The position numbers and the translations under genes are program-made. From assembly GCA_035370505.1 (NCBI GenBank), contig DAOOVU010000001.1, positions 17,109 through 81,108 of the forward strand: a stretch of DNA of 64,000 bases, in the 5' to 3' direction. The notes beneath the pieces were generated by a model. It worked only from the letters and a program-made list of their open reading frames with translations, was not told the origin of the DNA and did not search any database. Positions 39,507 to 49,243 of this stretch are shown piece after piece. The first letter of the stretch is position 1; each line of letters opens with the position of its first letter. This stretch comes from Candidatus Dojkabacteria bacterium. GTDB lineage: Bacteria > Patescibacteriota > Dojkabacteria > SC72.

Positions 39507-40087
39507 AAAAATTTCTTTTGATATTTTTTGTGGGAATATTTGTAATAGCTATTATCTTTTGTGGAATTGTTCTCTTCAAATATAACTCTTGGAAGAAGGA
39601 ATTTAATAAAGAAGGTGATAATATTTCATGCTTTAGTAATATTCATCAGGATAGCAATATTGATACTTCAGAAAAAATTAAAGATTTTGTACTATCATCT
39701 TCTTCTGGGTATTTACAATTTTCAATAGATGAAACACTCTCTTTTCTTCATAATGATGTCAAAGTTTCAGAAGGTATGAATATTGAAGATATATGCATAA
39801 ATCCAAGTAAGGGTGAGTGGACAGTGTATATTAATACGAAGGTAGAGAATTTTGATCTTCCATGGATAAAATTAAATGTTATCAAAGATGAAAGAGAGAC
39901 AGTAGAACTTTATGTTAGTGAAATTTCATTCGGAGATATGAAAATACCAGATATTCTTGCAAATGGTATCCTAGATGAGATAAACAGAGGAATAAGCGAT
40001 GGTATTTTGATAGTAAATGAAAATAATTTCTTGGGGAAAAATATAACTAACATAGAACTGTTAAATGATGGTGTAGTAATACGCTGA
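39503..40087 (+). CDS. Hypothetical single-TM protein
   Basis: N-terminal TM; overlaps murJ stop (ATGA). Confidence 0.75.
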   Translation: MKKFLLIFFVGIFVIAIIFCGIVLFKYNSWKKEFNKEGDNISCFSNIHQDSNIDTSEKIKDFVLSSSSGYLQFSIDETLSFLHNDVKVSEGMNIEDICINPSKGEWTVYINTKVENFDLPWIKLNVIKDERETVELYVSEISFGDMKIPDILANGILDEINRGISDGILIVNENNFLGKNITNIELLNDGVVIR

Positions 40088-40093
40088 TGATTA

Positions 40094-40152
40094 TTGCCAA
40101 AATAAATCTCAGATGCTACAATACTCTGGCAATTGATAAATTGATCTGCTAA
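40094..40152 (+). promoter_or_regulatory. groESL promoter with variant CIRCE
   Basis: TTGCCA(40094)-17-TACAAT(40117); CTGGCAATT-N9-ATCTGCTAA at 40126-40152. Confidence 0.75.
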
Positions 40153-40159
40153 ATGTCAT

Positions 40160-40459
40160 ATGAGTAAAGATATAAAAATTAAGCCATTAGGCAAAAAAGT
40201 TCTTGTTAAACCAGATAAGGTTGAGGAAAAAACTGCTGGTGGTCTAGTTCTTCCGCCAAGCTCAACTGAAGGTGAAAAACCTGAAACTGGTGTAGTAATC
40301 AAGCTCGGAGAAGGTACTGTAAAAGGGAAAAAGGTTACTTTTGATGTCAAGGTTGGGGATAGAATATATTTTAAGAAATATTCTCCTGATGAAATAGAGG
40401 TTGATTCTGAAAAATATTTTATTCTTGATTCTGACGATATACTGGCTGTCTTGGAATAG
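40160..40459 (+). CDS. groES: Co-chaperonin GroES
   Basis: IKPLGKKVLVK, KTAGGLVLP, VKVGDRI, DDILAV. Confidence 0.97.
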   Translation: MSKDIKIKPLGKKVLVKPDKVEEKTAGGLVLPPSSTEGEKPETGVVIKLGEGTVKGKKVTFDVKVGDRIYFKKYSPDEIEVDSEKYFILDSDDILAVLE

Positions 40460-40502
40460 CCTTTTTCTGTGTGAGCTATATTAATTTTTAGTACAAAAAA
40501 CT

Positions 40503-42128
40503 ATGGCAAAATCAATTATTTACAATGAAGAAGCTAGAAAAGCCTTAAAAGCTGGAGTAGATACAATCGGGAATGCTGTTAAAGTAACATTAGGACCAAA
40601 AGGGAGAAATATTGCATTGGCTAAGAGTTTTGGGAGTCAAGTTATTACTAAAGACGGTGTTACTGTTGCTAAAGAAATAGAAGATAAAGATCCTTTCAGG
40701 AATGTCGGTGTAGAAATGATAAAAGAGGCTTCAAACAAAGTGAATGATTTGGCAGGAGATGGTACAACAACCGTTACTGTACTTGCTCAAGCAATAGCAG
40801 CTGCTGGCTTTAAAAATGTAGCTGCAGGAGCAAATCCAATATCGTTAAAAAGGGGCTTGGATAAAGGAACAGAAGAAATAGTAAAGGAGCTTTCAAAAAT
40901 GGCTAAAAAAATAAGTGGAAAGGAAGAAATTTCACAAGTTGCAACAATTTCTACAAATAACGAAAAAGAACTAGGAGATATGATAGGCGGAGTTTTTGAA
41001 AAAGTTGGTAAAGATGGAGTTATCACTGTAGAAGAGGCTAAAGGCTTTAACGATGAAGTTGAATATACGGAAGGTATGGAGTTTGAGAATGGCTATGTAA
41101 GTGCATACTTCATAAATAGCCCAGAGACTTTAGAGACAATTATGGATAATCCATATATATTTATAACGGACAAAAAGTTGTCTAATTTGCAGGATATTCA
41201 AGCTATTGCAGAAAAAGTTTTGTCAGCTGCAAATAGACCTTTGGTAATCATAGCTGATGATATTGAGAATCAAGCGTTAGCAACATTAGTTGTTAATAAA
41301 CTGAGAGGAACTTTAGATGTTGTTGCAGTGAAAGCTCCTGGATTTGGGGATAGGAAGAAAGAAATGCTAAAAGATTTAGCAGTTTTGACTGGGGCGGAAT
41401 TCATATCGGAAGAGTTAGGCAGAACCCTAGATGCTGTTGAGTTAACTGATTTAGGGTCTGCTAAGAGAGTTATTGTAAACAAGGAGAAAACAATTATTGT
41501 TGAAGGAAAAGGAGAGAAAGAGGATATTGAAAATAGAATAAAAGAGATAAGAACACAAATAGAAAATACAACATCAGACTATGACAGAGAAAAACTTCAA
41601 GAAAGGTTAGCCAAACTAGCAGGAGGAGTTGCAGTTATAAAAGTAGGAGCTGCTTCAGAGGTAGAAGCTAAAGAAAAGAAAATGAGAATAGAAGATGCAA
41701 TAAATGCAACTAGAGCTGCAATAGAAGAGGGTGTTGTCGCAGGAGGTGGTCTTGCATTGCATAATGCTAAGGAAGTTTTAAACAAGATTAAACTTGATGA
41801 CAAAGATGAACAACTGGGAATAGATATATTGAAATCAATTCTAAGCGAACCATTGAAGCAAATTGCTGAGAATGCTGGAGAAGATGGTGCAGTTGTGGCA
41901 TCTAATTGTAAGGGAAACAAAGGATTTAATGCTAAAACAGGAGAATATGTTGATATGTTTGAGGCAGGAATAATAGATCCAGTTAAAGTTACAAGACTTG
42001 CTCTAGTTAATGCAGTATCTGTGGCGTCAATGTTGATAACAACAGAGGCAGTAGTCGCAGATATTCCAGAAGAAAAAGAGCATTCCCATGCAGGAGCAGA
42101 AATGGGAGATATGTCAGGAATGATGTAA
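40503..42128 (+). CDS. groEL: Chaperonin GroEL
   Basis: [44 protein letters not shown]. Confidence 0.99.
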   Translation: MAKSIIYNEEARKALKAGVDTIGNAVKVTLGPKGRNIALAKSFGSQVITKDGVTVAKEIEDKDPFRNVGVEMIKEASNKVNDLAGDGTTTVTVLAQAIAAAGFKNVAAGANPISLKRGLDKGTEEIVKELSKMAKKISGKEEISQVATISTNNEKELGDMIGGVFEKVGKDGVITVEEAKGFNDEVEYTEGMEFENGYVSAYFINSPETLETIMDNPYIFITDKKLSNLQDIQAIAEKVLSAANRPLVIIADDIENQALATLVVNKLRGTLDVVAVKAPGFGDRKKEMLKDLAVLTGAEFISEELGRTLDAVELTDLGSAKRVIVNKEKTIIVEGKGEKEDIENRIKEIRTQIENTTSDYDREKLQERLAKLAGGVAVIKVGAASEVEAKEKKMRIEDAINATRAAIEEGVVAGGGLALHNAKEVLNKIKLDDKDEQLGIDILKSILSEPLKQIAENAGEDGAVVASNCKGNKGFNAKTGEYVDMFEAGIIDPVKVTRLALVNAVSVASMLITTEAVVADIPEEKEHSHAGAEMGDMSGMM

Positions 42129-42154
42129 TAAACTAAGTCCTTTATCCGCCGTCA

Positions 42155-42454
42155 ATGGGGAACTTTGTAAAGAGAACGGAGAATTTTGTATGTGAAAACT
42201 GTAAAACAGAGAATATTGGCGGTGGATACACGGACCATTGTTTTAAGTGTTTGTATTCAAAACATGTTGATATTAATCCAGGTGATAGGAACTGTAAGTG
42301 CCAAGGACTGATGAAGCCGGTATTTGTAGATATACATAATGGCAAGTATCGAATATATTATGAATGTGAAAAATGTGGCTACAAGCATAGAGTTATTGCT
42401 AGTAAGAATGATAATTTTGAAGAGATTGTAAAATTAACAGGATGTGGATATTAA
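42155..42454 (+). CDS. RNHCP-domain zinc-binding protein
   Basis: FVCENC...YTDHCFKCLYSKHVDINPGDR...CQGLMKP...CEKCG. Confidence 0.85.
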   Translation: MGNFVKRTENFVCENCKTENIGGGYTDHCFKCLYSKHVDINPGDRNCKCQGLMKPVFVDIHNGKYRIYYECEKCGYKHRVIASKNDNFEEIVKLTGCGY

Positions 42455-42993
42455 AACCTTATCTCTTGGGCAATGACTTTCCCAAGAAGTGTATCTTTCA
42501 TGCCTTTTGAAAATCTTTTGACAAAAAGTTTATTTTGATTCTGTACCAAAACTAGATCACCTGCAGAAATATGAGAATTTGGAGAGATATACAAACATCC
42601 AGCTTTAGTAAATTCGTAAGCCTCTGTGCTGTTGATTTCAATGATTGAAGTATCTATGACAAACGCATCTTGATCTTGCTGAATAATCCAGTCGGGACAT
42701 GAATAGAATAAATAAGTGTTTGATTTTGAAAATTTCTTCGGAATCTGGGTAAACAAAGGTACTCTGTTTCCATGAGAAAATGCAATATCATCAGAATCTC
42801 TCAACAAAGCTGACGGAGTTGTATCTAGAGCATCGGCTAAATTGTCTAATTGATTGAGTGGAGAGCTGACACCTCTTTCGTATCTAGATACCATTTCCCA
42901 TGTCTTCCCTATTTTATCAGCAAGCTCCTGTTGTGTAAGTTTCTTTTTCTGCCTATATATCTTTATATTCTCTCCAATATAATTATCTTTCAT
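42451..42993 (-). CDS. XRE HTH repressor with degenerate S24 (cI/LexA-like) C-terminal domain
   Basis: IGENIKIYRQKKKLTQQELADKIG...VSRYERG; C-terminal RVPLF...GDLVLV...FVKRF...LLGKVI. Confidence 0.85.
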   Translation of the reverse strand: MKDNYIGENIKIYRQKKKLTQQELADKIGKTWEMVSRYERGVSSPLNQLDNLADALDTTPSALLRDSDDIAFSHGNRVPLFTQIPKKFSKSNTYLFYSCPDWIIQQDQDAFVIDTSIIEINSTEAYEFTKAGCLYISPNSHISAGDLVLVQNQNKLFVKRFSKGMKDTLLGKVIAQEIRF

Positions 42994-43113
42994 ATATTCA
43001 AATTCTATTTACATATGTAAAAGGATAGAATAGATTTTACTGTCATAAATAAGAAATATACTTTCTTGTTTTGCAATGATTTTGTAATTTAATAAGCCTA
43101 AAATATTCTGATT

Positions 43114-43251
43114 ATGAATGAAAAAGTCATAGTTTCTCAGATAGAAAAGCTACTCTCCAGCTATAACAAACTTATGGAATCAAACAGTTATAGTCATTCC
43201 AATATCAAAGAAATGAGAGAAATCCTAAAGAAAATACAAAAATCATTATGA
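43114..43251 (+). CDS. Unannotated 45-aa helical protein divergent from the XRE repressor
   Basis: MNEKVIVSQIEKLLSSYNKLMESNSYSHSNIKEMREILKKIQKSL; TAAAAT 9 nt upstream; fills the gap between genes. Confidence 0.5.
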   Translation: MNEKVIVSQIEKLLSSYNKLMESNSYSHSNIKEMREILKKIQKSL

Positions 43252-43701
43252 AATTACTTTTATCCAGTTCTCTTTAAGCCATTTGTCTGCTAATTTTTGC
43301 TCCTCGAGTAATCCTCTTTTTTTCAACTCTTTATTAATAATATTTCCCTTGTGTGGTTTGGAAAATTGCTTTTTCAATGGAGAATTAAAGCCATGAGTAT
43401 AATGACATAACTCATGAGCTATTGTTGCTTTTATTACATACTCTGGAACTACCTCATTTCGAAAATATCTAGTTATTGTTATTATAGAAATACTTTTGTT
43501 ATCTTGAACGATATATTCATCATATTTCTTTCTCATTAAACCCTTGATCTTACTTTCATTGTGAGCCAACGATATACATCCAAGCTGCCTTTTAGAATAT
43601 TTTCCAAACTTAATTAGCACAAAATTCTTCCTAGGAACATCACAGAAATAGTTGTCCCATAAGTCATAAAGTAGATTTTCTAAAAAATCATTATCTCTCA
43701 T
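43246..43701 (-). CDS. SprT/M48-like HExxH zinc metalloprotease
   Basis: KRQLGCI, VPEYVIKATIAHELCHYTHG, PHKG (possible third ligand His). Confidence 0.8.
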   Translation of the reverse strand: MRDNDFLENLLYDLWDNYFCDVPRKNFVLIKFGKYSKRQLGCISLAHNESKIKGLMRKKYDEYIVQDNKSISIITITRYFRNEVVPEYVIKATIAHELCHYTHGFNSPLKKQFSKPHKGNIINKELKKRGLLEEQKLADKWLKENWIKVIS

Positions 43702-43739
43702 TTATTCAATATATTTTGACAGCATGTTATCATATTTCA

Positions 43740-45524
43740 ATGAGTCTTAAGAAAACCACAGGCAATTTTACCACATTAAAAAAAGTTCTATCATTTATCT
43801 ATTCTAGATACGCAAAATATGCGGTCTCTAGAGATATTTTGTCTGTAATCTCCTCAATTGCAGAAATCTTGTCAATTACAGTATTTGGTAAATTCATAGA
43901 TGCGACGGTAGAAATATTTGCAGAATGGGACTCTTTTGATCTTACGACATACATAGCGTCTGAGTCTTTTGAATATCTTCTCTTCCTACTACTTCTTTGG
44001 ATATTTTCACAGGTATGTTCCCAAGGGAAATCATACCTATATACAGTAATATCCGAAAAGATTACAAAAGATTCTCAACATATGCTGATATCAAAAGTTG
44101 CAGAATCAAATATGGAAGACGTTGAGAAAGAAGATTTTCAAGATATGATTACATATGTTCCAGCACTTTCAATAGGCAAAATAGCCCCAATATATGATTA
44201 TTTATCAGTCATATTATCTAACATTATTCGTTTTGTAGGAGCGGTCATAATCATTTACAAAATAATGGGTGTTTCTGTATTTTTAATTGTACTATTTGTC
44301 ATTCCAGAAGCGGTAATTGTACACTTGAAAAGGAAGGAAATACTCAGATACCAAGATGAATCAGTAGGAAAATTAAAATTCCTAAATTACATACAAAATC
44401 TTTCCCTTACAATTTCAAACTTTCTTGAATTACGAGTAAACAATGTATATTCATATTTGAAAAGAAAATATGAATCAGAATATGATGAATATCAAACAGG
44501 GTATCTTAAAGCACTCTCTAGCTTGTATTCAGATGATACAGCAGCTGGTATTCTTGGACAGTGCATGAAATTTGGATATGTTCTATATGTACTGTCTGTT
44601 TCTATTGCTAAAAAAGTATCCTTTGGTACATTCAAAGCTTTATATGACTATATTGATTCTGCATATGCAGGAATTTTTAATATATTAAACTCAATCTCCC
44701 TTATAGGGTTTAACTTGGGATATGTTGAAAAATTTTTTGCCCTTGTAGAATACAACTGTTTCGGAGATAAATACCATGGAGATAGAAAACTTGGAAGTCA
44801 CACCCCTTTACTTGAATTTAAAAATTTGAGTTTTGCATACCCTGATGATCCAGAAACACTAATTTTGAAGAATTTAAATATTACAATTAGACCAGGAGAA
44901 AAAGTTGCTTTTCTAGGAGGAGATGGATCTGGAAAAAGTACTACTGTAAAGATATTAACTGGGCTGTATGCTGTTGAGATTGGAGATTATCTGTTAGATA
45001 ACATACCTACAAAAGAATTAGACCGAGGAGAATTGAAGAAAAAGCTTTCTGTAATTTTTCAAGACTACATTAACTATAATTTTAGTCTAAAAGAGAATGT
45101 AGTAATATCAGGACAACGAAAAAATGTAAACGAAGAGCTATACAAAAAGGTTACAAAAATAGCTGGAATAGAAGAATTGAAGAAAGTCGCCAATATTGAG
45201 GATAAAAGTATTCTTGGAAAAGTATTTCCATCAGGAAAAGATCTTTCTCCTGGTTATTGGCAGAGACTTGCGATAGCAAGAATGTTATACAGAAATAAAG
45301 ATATATTCATAATGGATGAACCTTTTACATATGTAGATGATATATCCGCAGAAAAAATTTTGAATGGAATATTTGAATTTGCTGGAGAAGATAGAACAAT
45401 TATATATATAACTAGGAGAACAAAGTTTTTGGAAAAATTTGATAGGATATATTACTTTGAAAAAGGTAAGATCATAAGGGAGGAAAAATGGAGTGAAATA
45501 CAAGATAAACTAGGAGTATTGTAA
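43740..45524 (+). CDS. ABC exporter half-transporter (TMD+NBD), degenerate NBD
   Basis: TM domain; Walker A GGDGSGKST, Q-loop FQD, signature LSPGY, Walker B IMDEP. Confidence 0.9.
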   Translation: MSLKKTTGNFTTLKKVLSFIYSRYAKYAVSRDILSVISSIAEILSITVFGKFIDATVEIFAEWDSFDLTTYIASESFEYLLFLLLLWIFSQVCSQGKSYLYTVISEKITKDSQHMLISKVAESNMEDVEKEDFQDMITYVPALSIGKIAPIYDYLSVILSNIIRFVGAVIIIYKIMGVSVFLIVLFVIPEAVIVHLKRKEILRYQDESVGKLKFLNYIQNLSLTISNFLELRVNNVYSYLKRKYESEYDEYQTGYLKALSSLYSDDTAAGILGQCMKFGYVLYVLSVSIAKKVSFGTFKALYDYIDSAYAGIFNILNSISLIGFNLGYVEKFFALVEYNCFGDKYHGDRKLGSHTPLLEFKNLSFAYPDDPETLILKNLNITIRPGEKVAFLGGDGSGKSTTVKILTGLYAVEIGDYLLDNIPTKELDRGELKKKLSVIFQDYINYNFSLKENVVISGQRKNVNEELYKKVTKIAGIEELKKVANIEDKSILGKVFPSGKDLSPGYWQRLAIARMLYRNKDIFIMDEPFTYVDDISAEKILNGIFEFAGEDRTIIYITRRTKFLEKFDRIYYFEKGKIIREEKWSEIQDKLGVL

Positions 45525-45545
45525 GTGATGGTGTAAAATATAGGT

Positions 45546-46400
45546 ATGCAAATATTAGATGGAAAGAAGCTTTCTAAAAAAATACTAGAGAACATATCTG
45601 AAGAAATTCAAGGGTTAAAAGCGATGAAAAAACAAGTTCCAAGGCTTGATGTGATAATTGCTGGGGACGATTTTGGTAGCATGAAGTATGTTCAAATGAA
45701 GGAGAGAACTGCACAGGAAATAGGTTTAGAGGTGAAGGTTCATCATTTTTCTAGTGAGACGAAAACAGATGAAATCGTAAATTTGATAAATTCGTTGAAT
45801 AAAGATACAGAAGTAACTGGCATTATGGTTCAGCTTCCTCTCCCAAAAAATATTGATGATAATGTTGTTCTTGAAACAATTTCGTCAGAGAAAGATGTAG
45901 ATGGACTTACCGCAGTGAACTTAGGAAGACTTTTTCAAAATAGTAAGTTTGGAATAGCTCCTGCGACACCGCTTGGTATAATGAAATTGCTTAGTGAATA
46001 CAATATTGATATATCTGGAAAAAGAGCAGTAATAATTGGAACTAGTAATATTGTTGGAATTCCTCTAGGTGCTATGTTTCTTAATGAGCATGCGACTGTT
46101 ACTTTATGTAACTCAAAAACAAAAGGTCTAAAAGAAATTTGTAAAGAAGCTGATATATTAGTTAGTGCTACAGGAATTCCCTTGTTGATAAAAGGAGAAT
46201 ATCTTAAGAAGGGCTGTGTAGTTATCGATGTAGGATCAAACAAGCATCCTCGAACTGGGAAGGTTACTGGTGATGTTGATTGGGAATCTGTGAATGGAAT
46301 TCCATCTTATATAACTCCAGTTCCTGGAGGTGTTGGTCCAATGACTATAGCTTGTCTTATGTTAAATTTAATGACCTGCTGGAAAAATGCTAAGAGATGA
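45546..46400 (+). CDS. folD: Methylene-THF dehydrogenase/cyclohydrolase
   Basis: ILDGK, GIMVQLPLP, KDVDG, PATPLG, VIDVG, ITPVPGGVGPMT. Confidence 0.96.
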   Translation: MQILDGKKLSKKILENISEEIQGLKAMKKQVPRLDVIIAGDDFGSMKYVQMKERTAQEIGLEVKVHHFSSETKTDEIVNLINSLNKDTEVTGIMVQLPLPKNIDDNVVLETISSEKDVDGLTAVNLGRLFQNSKFGIAPATPLGIMKLLSEYNIDISGKRAVIIGTSNIVGIPLGAMFLNEHATVTLCNSKTKGLKEICKEADILVSATGIPLLIKGEYLKKGCVVIDVGSNKHPRTGKVTGDVDWESVNGIPSYITPVPGGVGPMTIACLMLNLMTCWKNAKR

Positions 46401-47613
46401 AAAAATAGAGAGTCTGATAGATTTAGAAAAGGAAAGGCAGAAGAGTGGAATAGAGTTAATAGCTTCTGAGAACTATACTTCTGAAGAGGTTTTAAAGTGT
46501 ATGGGCTCGATACTGACGAATAAATATTCGGAAGGTTATCCTGGGAAGAGATATTACAAAGGGAATCAATATGTAGATGAGATAGAGATAGAGGCTATTG
46601 AGAGAGCTAAGCAATTATTTGGTGCTGAGCATGTCAATGTTCAACCGTATTCAGGATGCAGTGCAAACTTAGCAGTACATTTTGCTTTGCTTAATCCTGG
46701 AGATAGAACTCTTGGAATGAGTTTAGATTCGGGTGGTCATTTAAGTCATGGTTTTAAGGTTTCTATAAGTGGAAAATATTTTAATTCTGCAAGTTATGGG
46801 GTAGATGAGAATGGGTATTTAGATTATGAAGAGGTTGAAAAAATAGCAAAGGAGCATCATCCTAAATTGATATGGGCTGGTTTTTCTGCATATTCTAGAA
46901 TCGTTGACTGGAAAAGATTTAAGGATATAGCTGACAGTGTGGGGGCATATTTGTGTGCTGATATATCACATGTTGCAGGTTTGGTTGCTGGAGGTGTTTA
47001 TCCTTCTCCTGTTGGTATAGCCGATGTGGTTACTACGACAACGCACAAGACACTGAGAGGACCACGAGGGGCCATAATCATGTGTAATGAAGAGTTGGCT
47101 TCTTTGATAGACAAGGCAGTGTTTCCAGGTCTTCAAGGAGGTCCTCACAATCATATTACGGCAGGTATGGCGGTTGCGTTTAAAGAGGCTATGTCTGACG
47201 AGTTTAAGGAATATGTTGCACAAGTAGTTAAAAATTCACAAGAATTGTGTAATTCCCTAAAAAGTATGGGTTATGACATTATATCTGGAGGTACTGATAA
47301 TCACATGTTCCTAGTAAATATTATGAGTTCATCAGGTATAGGAGGGGAGGAGGCATCTTCAATTCTTGAGAAAGTGAATATTACGGTTAACAAGAATGCT
47401 ATTCCGTATGATAACAGAAAACCATGGGATCCTTCTGGTATAAGGATAGGAACACCTGCTGTTACTACAAGGGGAATGAAGGAAAAAGATATGACTAAAA
47501 TAGCAGTATTTATAGATACTGCTATAAAGAATAGAGATAATGAAGAAGTTTTGAAAAGCTTAAAATTAGATGTGCAGGATTTTGCATCCAAATTTCCAAT
47601 ACCAGGTATTTAA
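46387..47613 (+). CDS. glyA: Serine hydroxymethyltransferase
   Basis: ELIASEN, NKYSEGYPGKRYY, GGHLSHG, TTTTHKTLRGPRG, SGIRIGTPA. Confidence 0.98.
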   Translation: MLRDEKIESLIDLEKERQKSGIELIASENYTSEEVLKCMGSILTNKYSEGYPGKRYYKGNQYVDEIEIEAIERAKQLFGAEHVNVQPYSGCSANLAVHFALLNPGDRTLGMSLDSGGHLSHGFKVSISGKYFNSASYGVDENGYLDYEEVEKIAKEHHPKLIWAGFSAYSRIVDWKRFKDIADSVGAYLCADISHVAGLVAGGVYPSPVGIADVVTTTTHKTLRGPRGAIIMCNEELASLIDKAVFPGLQGGPHNHITAGMAVAFKEAMSDEFKEYVAQVVKNSQELCNSLKSMGYDIISGGTDNHMFLVNIMSSSGIGGEEASSILEKVNITVNKNAIPYDNRKPWDPSGIRIGTPAVTTRGMKEKDMTKIAVFIDTAIKNRDNEEVLKSLKLDVQDFASKFPIPGI

Positions 47614-47629
47614 TTAATATAGTTTAGAT

Positions 47630-49225
47630 ATGAAAATAAGTTTTAGAAAAGATTTAGGAATTGCAACAATAAAATCTGAATCTAACTGGAATAGTATTAA
47701 TATACATACACTTTTGCAAAATGTGGGGGAGAAACGTCCTTCAATAAATGCATATCTTGCAGCAAGATACAGTAGGTCATCTGATTCCATTTTGGATATT
47801 GCTTCGGAGATAATTAAGGATAATAGGGATTCTGCAGAGAGACTCGAGAAGATATTTGCTGGGTATGGTCATAAATCAGTTGGTGATATGGCTGACCTAT
47901 TTGTGTGTCTTGAGAATATTCCAATGTTTTCTGCGATGAAAATATTTTATGCTAATTCAGTTATAGCTGGGCAGGAAAGATCTACAAGATATCAGAATTT
48001 TGAGAATCCAGAATTTATCAAGATACCAAGAGAGATTTGTGAGAATACTGATGTGAGGAAGGAGTATGAAAGGATTATGTTAAAGGAGATTTCTGATTAT
48101 AGAGAACTTCTTAAGCCTACAAGAGAGAGTTTAGGTAATTATTTCTCAATAAATCAGGAGAGTCCTCAGGAAACTTCGGCTTTGAAATCGAGAGCTTTTG
48201 ATACTGCTAGATATCTCTTGCCTTTTGGGCTTGCTACAAGTTCTGCATATTTGATGTCTGCAAGATGTTGGTCTGACGAGATTTCATATTTATCTGCAAG
48301 TGATTCTGTTGTTGATAATGAGATATCAGAATTACTTATTAATTTGCTTGGTGAGAGTGATTTGGATGCGAAGGGGTATATTCGTGAGGCTGATAATTTG
48401 ATAAGGCATACAGATGCTAATTGCAATAGAAAGAATTCAACAGAGGAAATAATTGAATATTTAAGTAAATTTATTTCGAAAGAGCAAATTAGGGATATTG
48501 CAGAGAATGAGAAGGATTCTGTCATAGTGTCGTATTGTCCAGATTGTACTGAAACATTGATTTCCCATTATGAATTATTAATAAATCCCTTAGGGTCTGC
48601 TGAGGAATTAGAGTTTTCTGAAGATGATCAGGAATACATAAGCAATGTATTGTTTGAGAGGCATGATCATAACAACACTATTGGAAATTTAGGACAGTCT
48701 GGTGCTATTAAAGTTTCTGGTTTTGCTTCTTTGGGGACGCTAAAGGATTTGAATAGGCATAGGAGTTTAGAAAGATTTATTCCTTTGCTACATGATGGTG
48801 TAGATATGGATCAGGAGTTAAGGAGAAGGAATGATCAGTGTTTTTATTTGTGTAACTATTTGGATATTCCAAATTTGAGCAGATTAAAGAAGGAGTATCA
48901 GGAGAGGCTAGAGGAGACATACGAGAGGATAAGGGGGTGGAGAAAATATGCAGAAGAATATATGCCAAAGGAAGTAGTTGATGAATTTACTAGGTATCTG
49001 CTTCCTCATGCTCATGCAACTAAGTATGTAATGTATGGGTCTTTTGATGATTTGCAATATGTAATTAATTTGAGGAGTAGGAATGGAGGACATATAGCGT
49101 ATAGAGTGCTAGTCTATGAATGGTTGAGACAGCTTAGTGCGAAGGATCCTATATGGAAAGCATTGCTTAAAAAAGTTATTACTCCAAGGGTTGATGATAA
49201 ATCTCAGTTTATAGATAGGAGTTAA
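47630..49225 (+). CDS. thyX: FAD-dependent thymidylate synthase, tandem two-domain type
   Basis: ARYSRS, YGHKSVGD, QERSTRYQ, FDTARYLLP (domain 1); DLNRHRS, RYLLP, INLRS..GGHIAYR (domain 2). Lies between glyA and dcd. Confidence 0.88.
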   Translation: MKISFRKDLGIATIKSESNWNSINIHTLLQNVGEKRPSINAYLAARYSRSSDSILDIASEIIKDNRDSAERLEKIFAGYGHKSVGDMADLFVCLENIPMFSAMKIFYANSVIAGQERSTRYQNFENPEFIKIPREICENTDVRKEYERIMLKEISDYRELLKPTRESLGNYFSINQESPQETSALKSRAFDTARYLLPFGLATSSAYLMSARCWSDEISYLSASDSVVDNEISELLINLLGESDLDAKGYIREADNLIRHTDANCNRKNSTEEIIEYLSKFISKEQIRDIAENEKDSVIVSYCPDCTETLISHYELLINPLGSAEELEFSEDDQEYISNVLFERHDHNNTIGNLGQSGAIKVSGFASLGTLKDLNRHRSLERFIPLLHDGVDMDQELRRRNDQCFYLCNYLDIPNLSRLKKEYQERLEETYERIRGWRKYAEEYMPKEVVDEFTRYLLPHAHATKYVMYGSFDDLQYVINLRSRNGGHIAYRVLVYEWLRQLSAKDPIWKALLKKVITPRVDDKSQFIDRS

Positions 49226-49243
49226 TTTTAATTTTGTTTTGAT

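Noticed and set aside
42451-43701. Prophage remnant
   Set aside because: No integrase, structural or replication genes; flanked directly by housekeeping genes.
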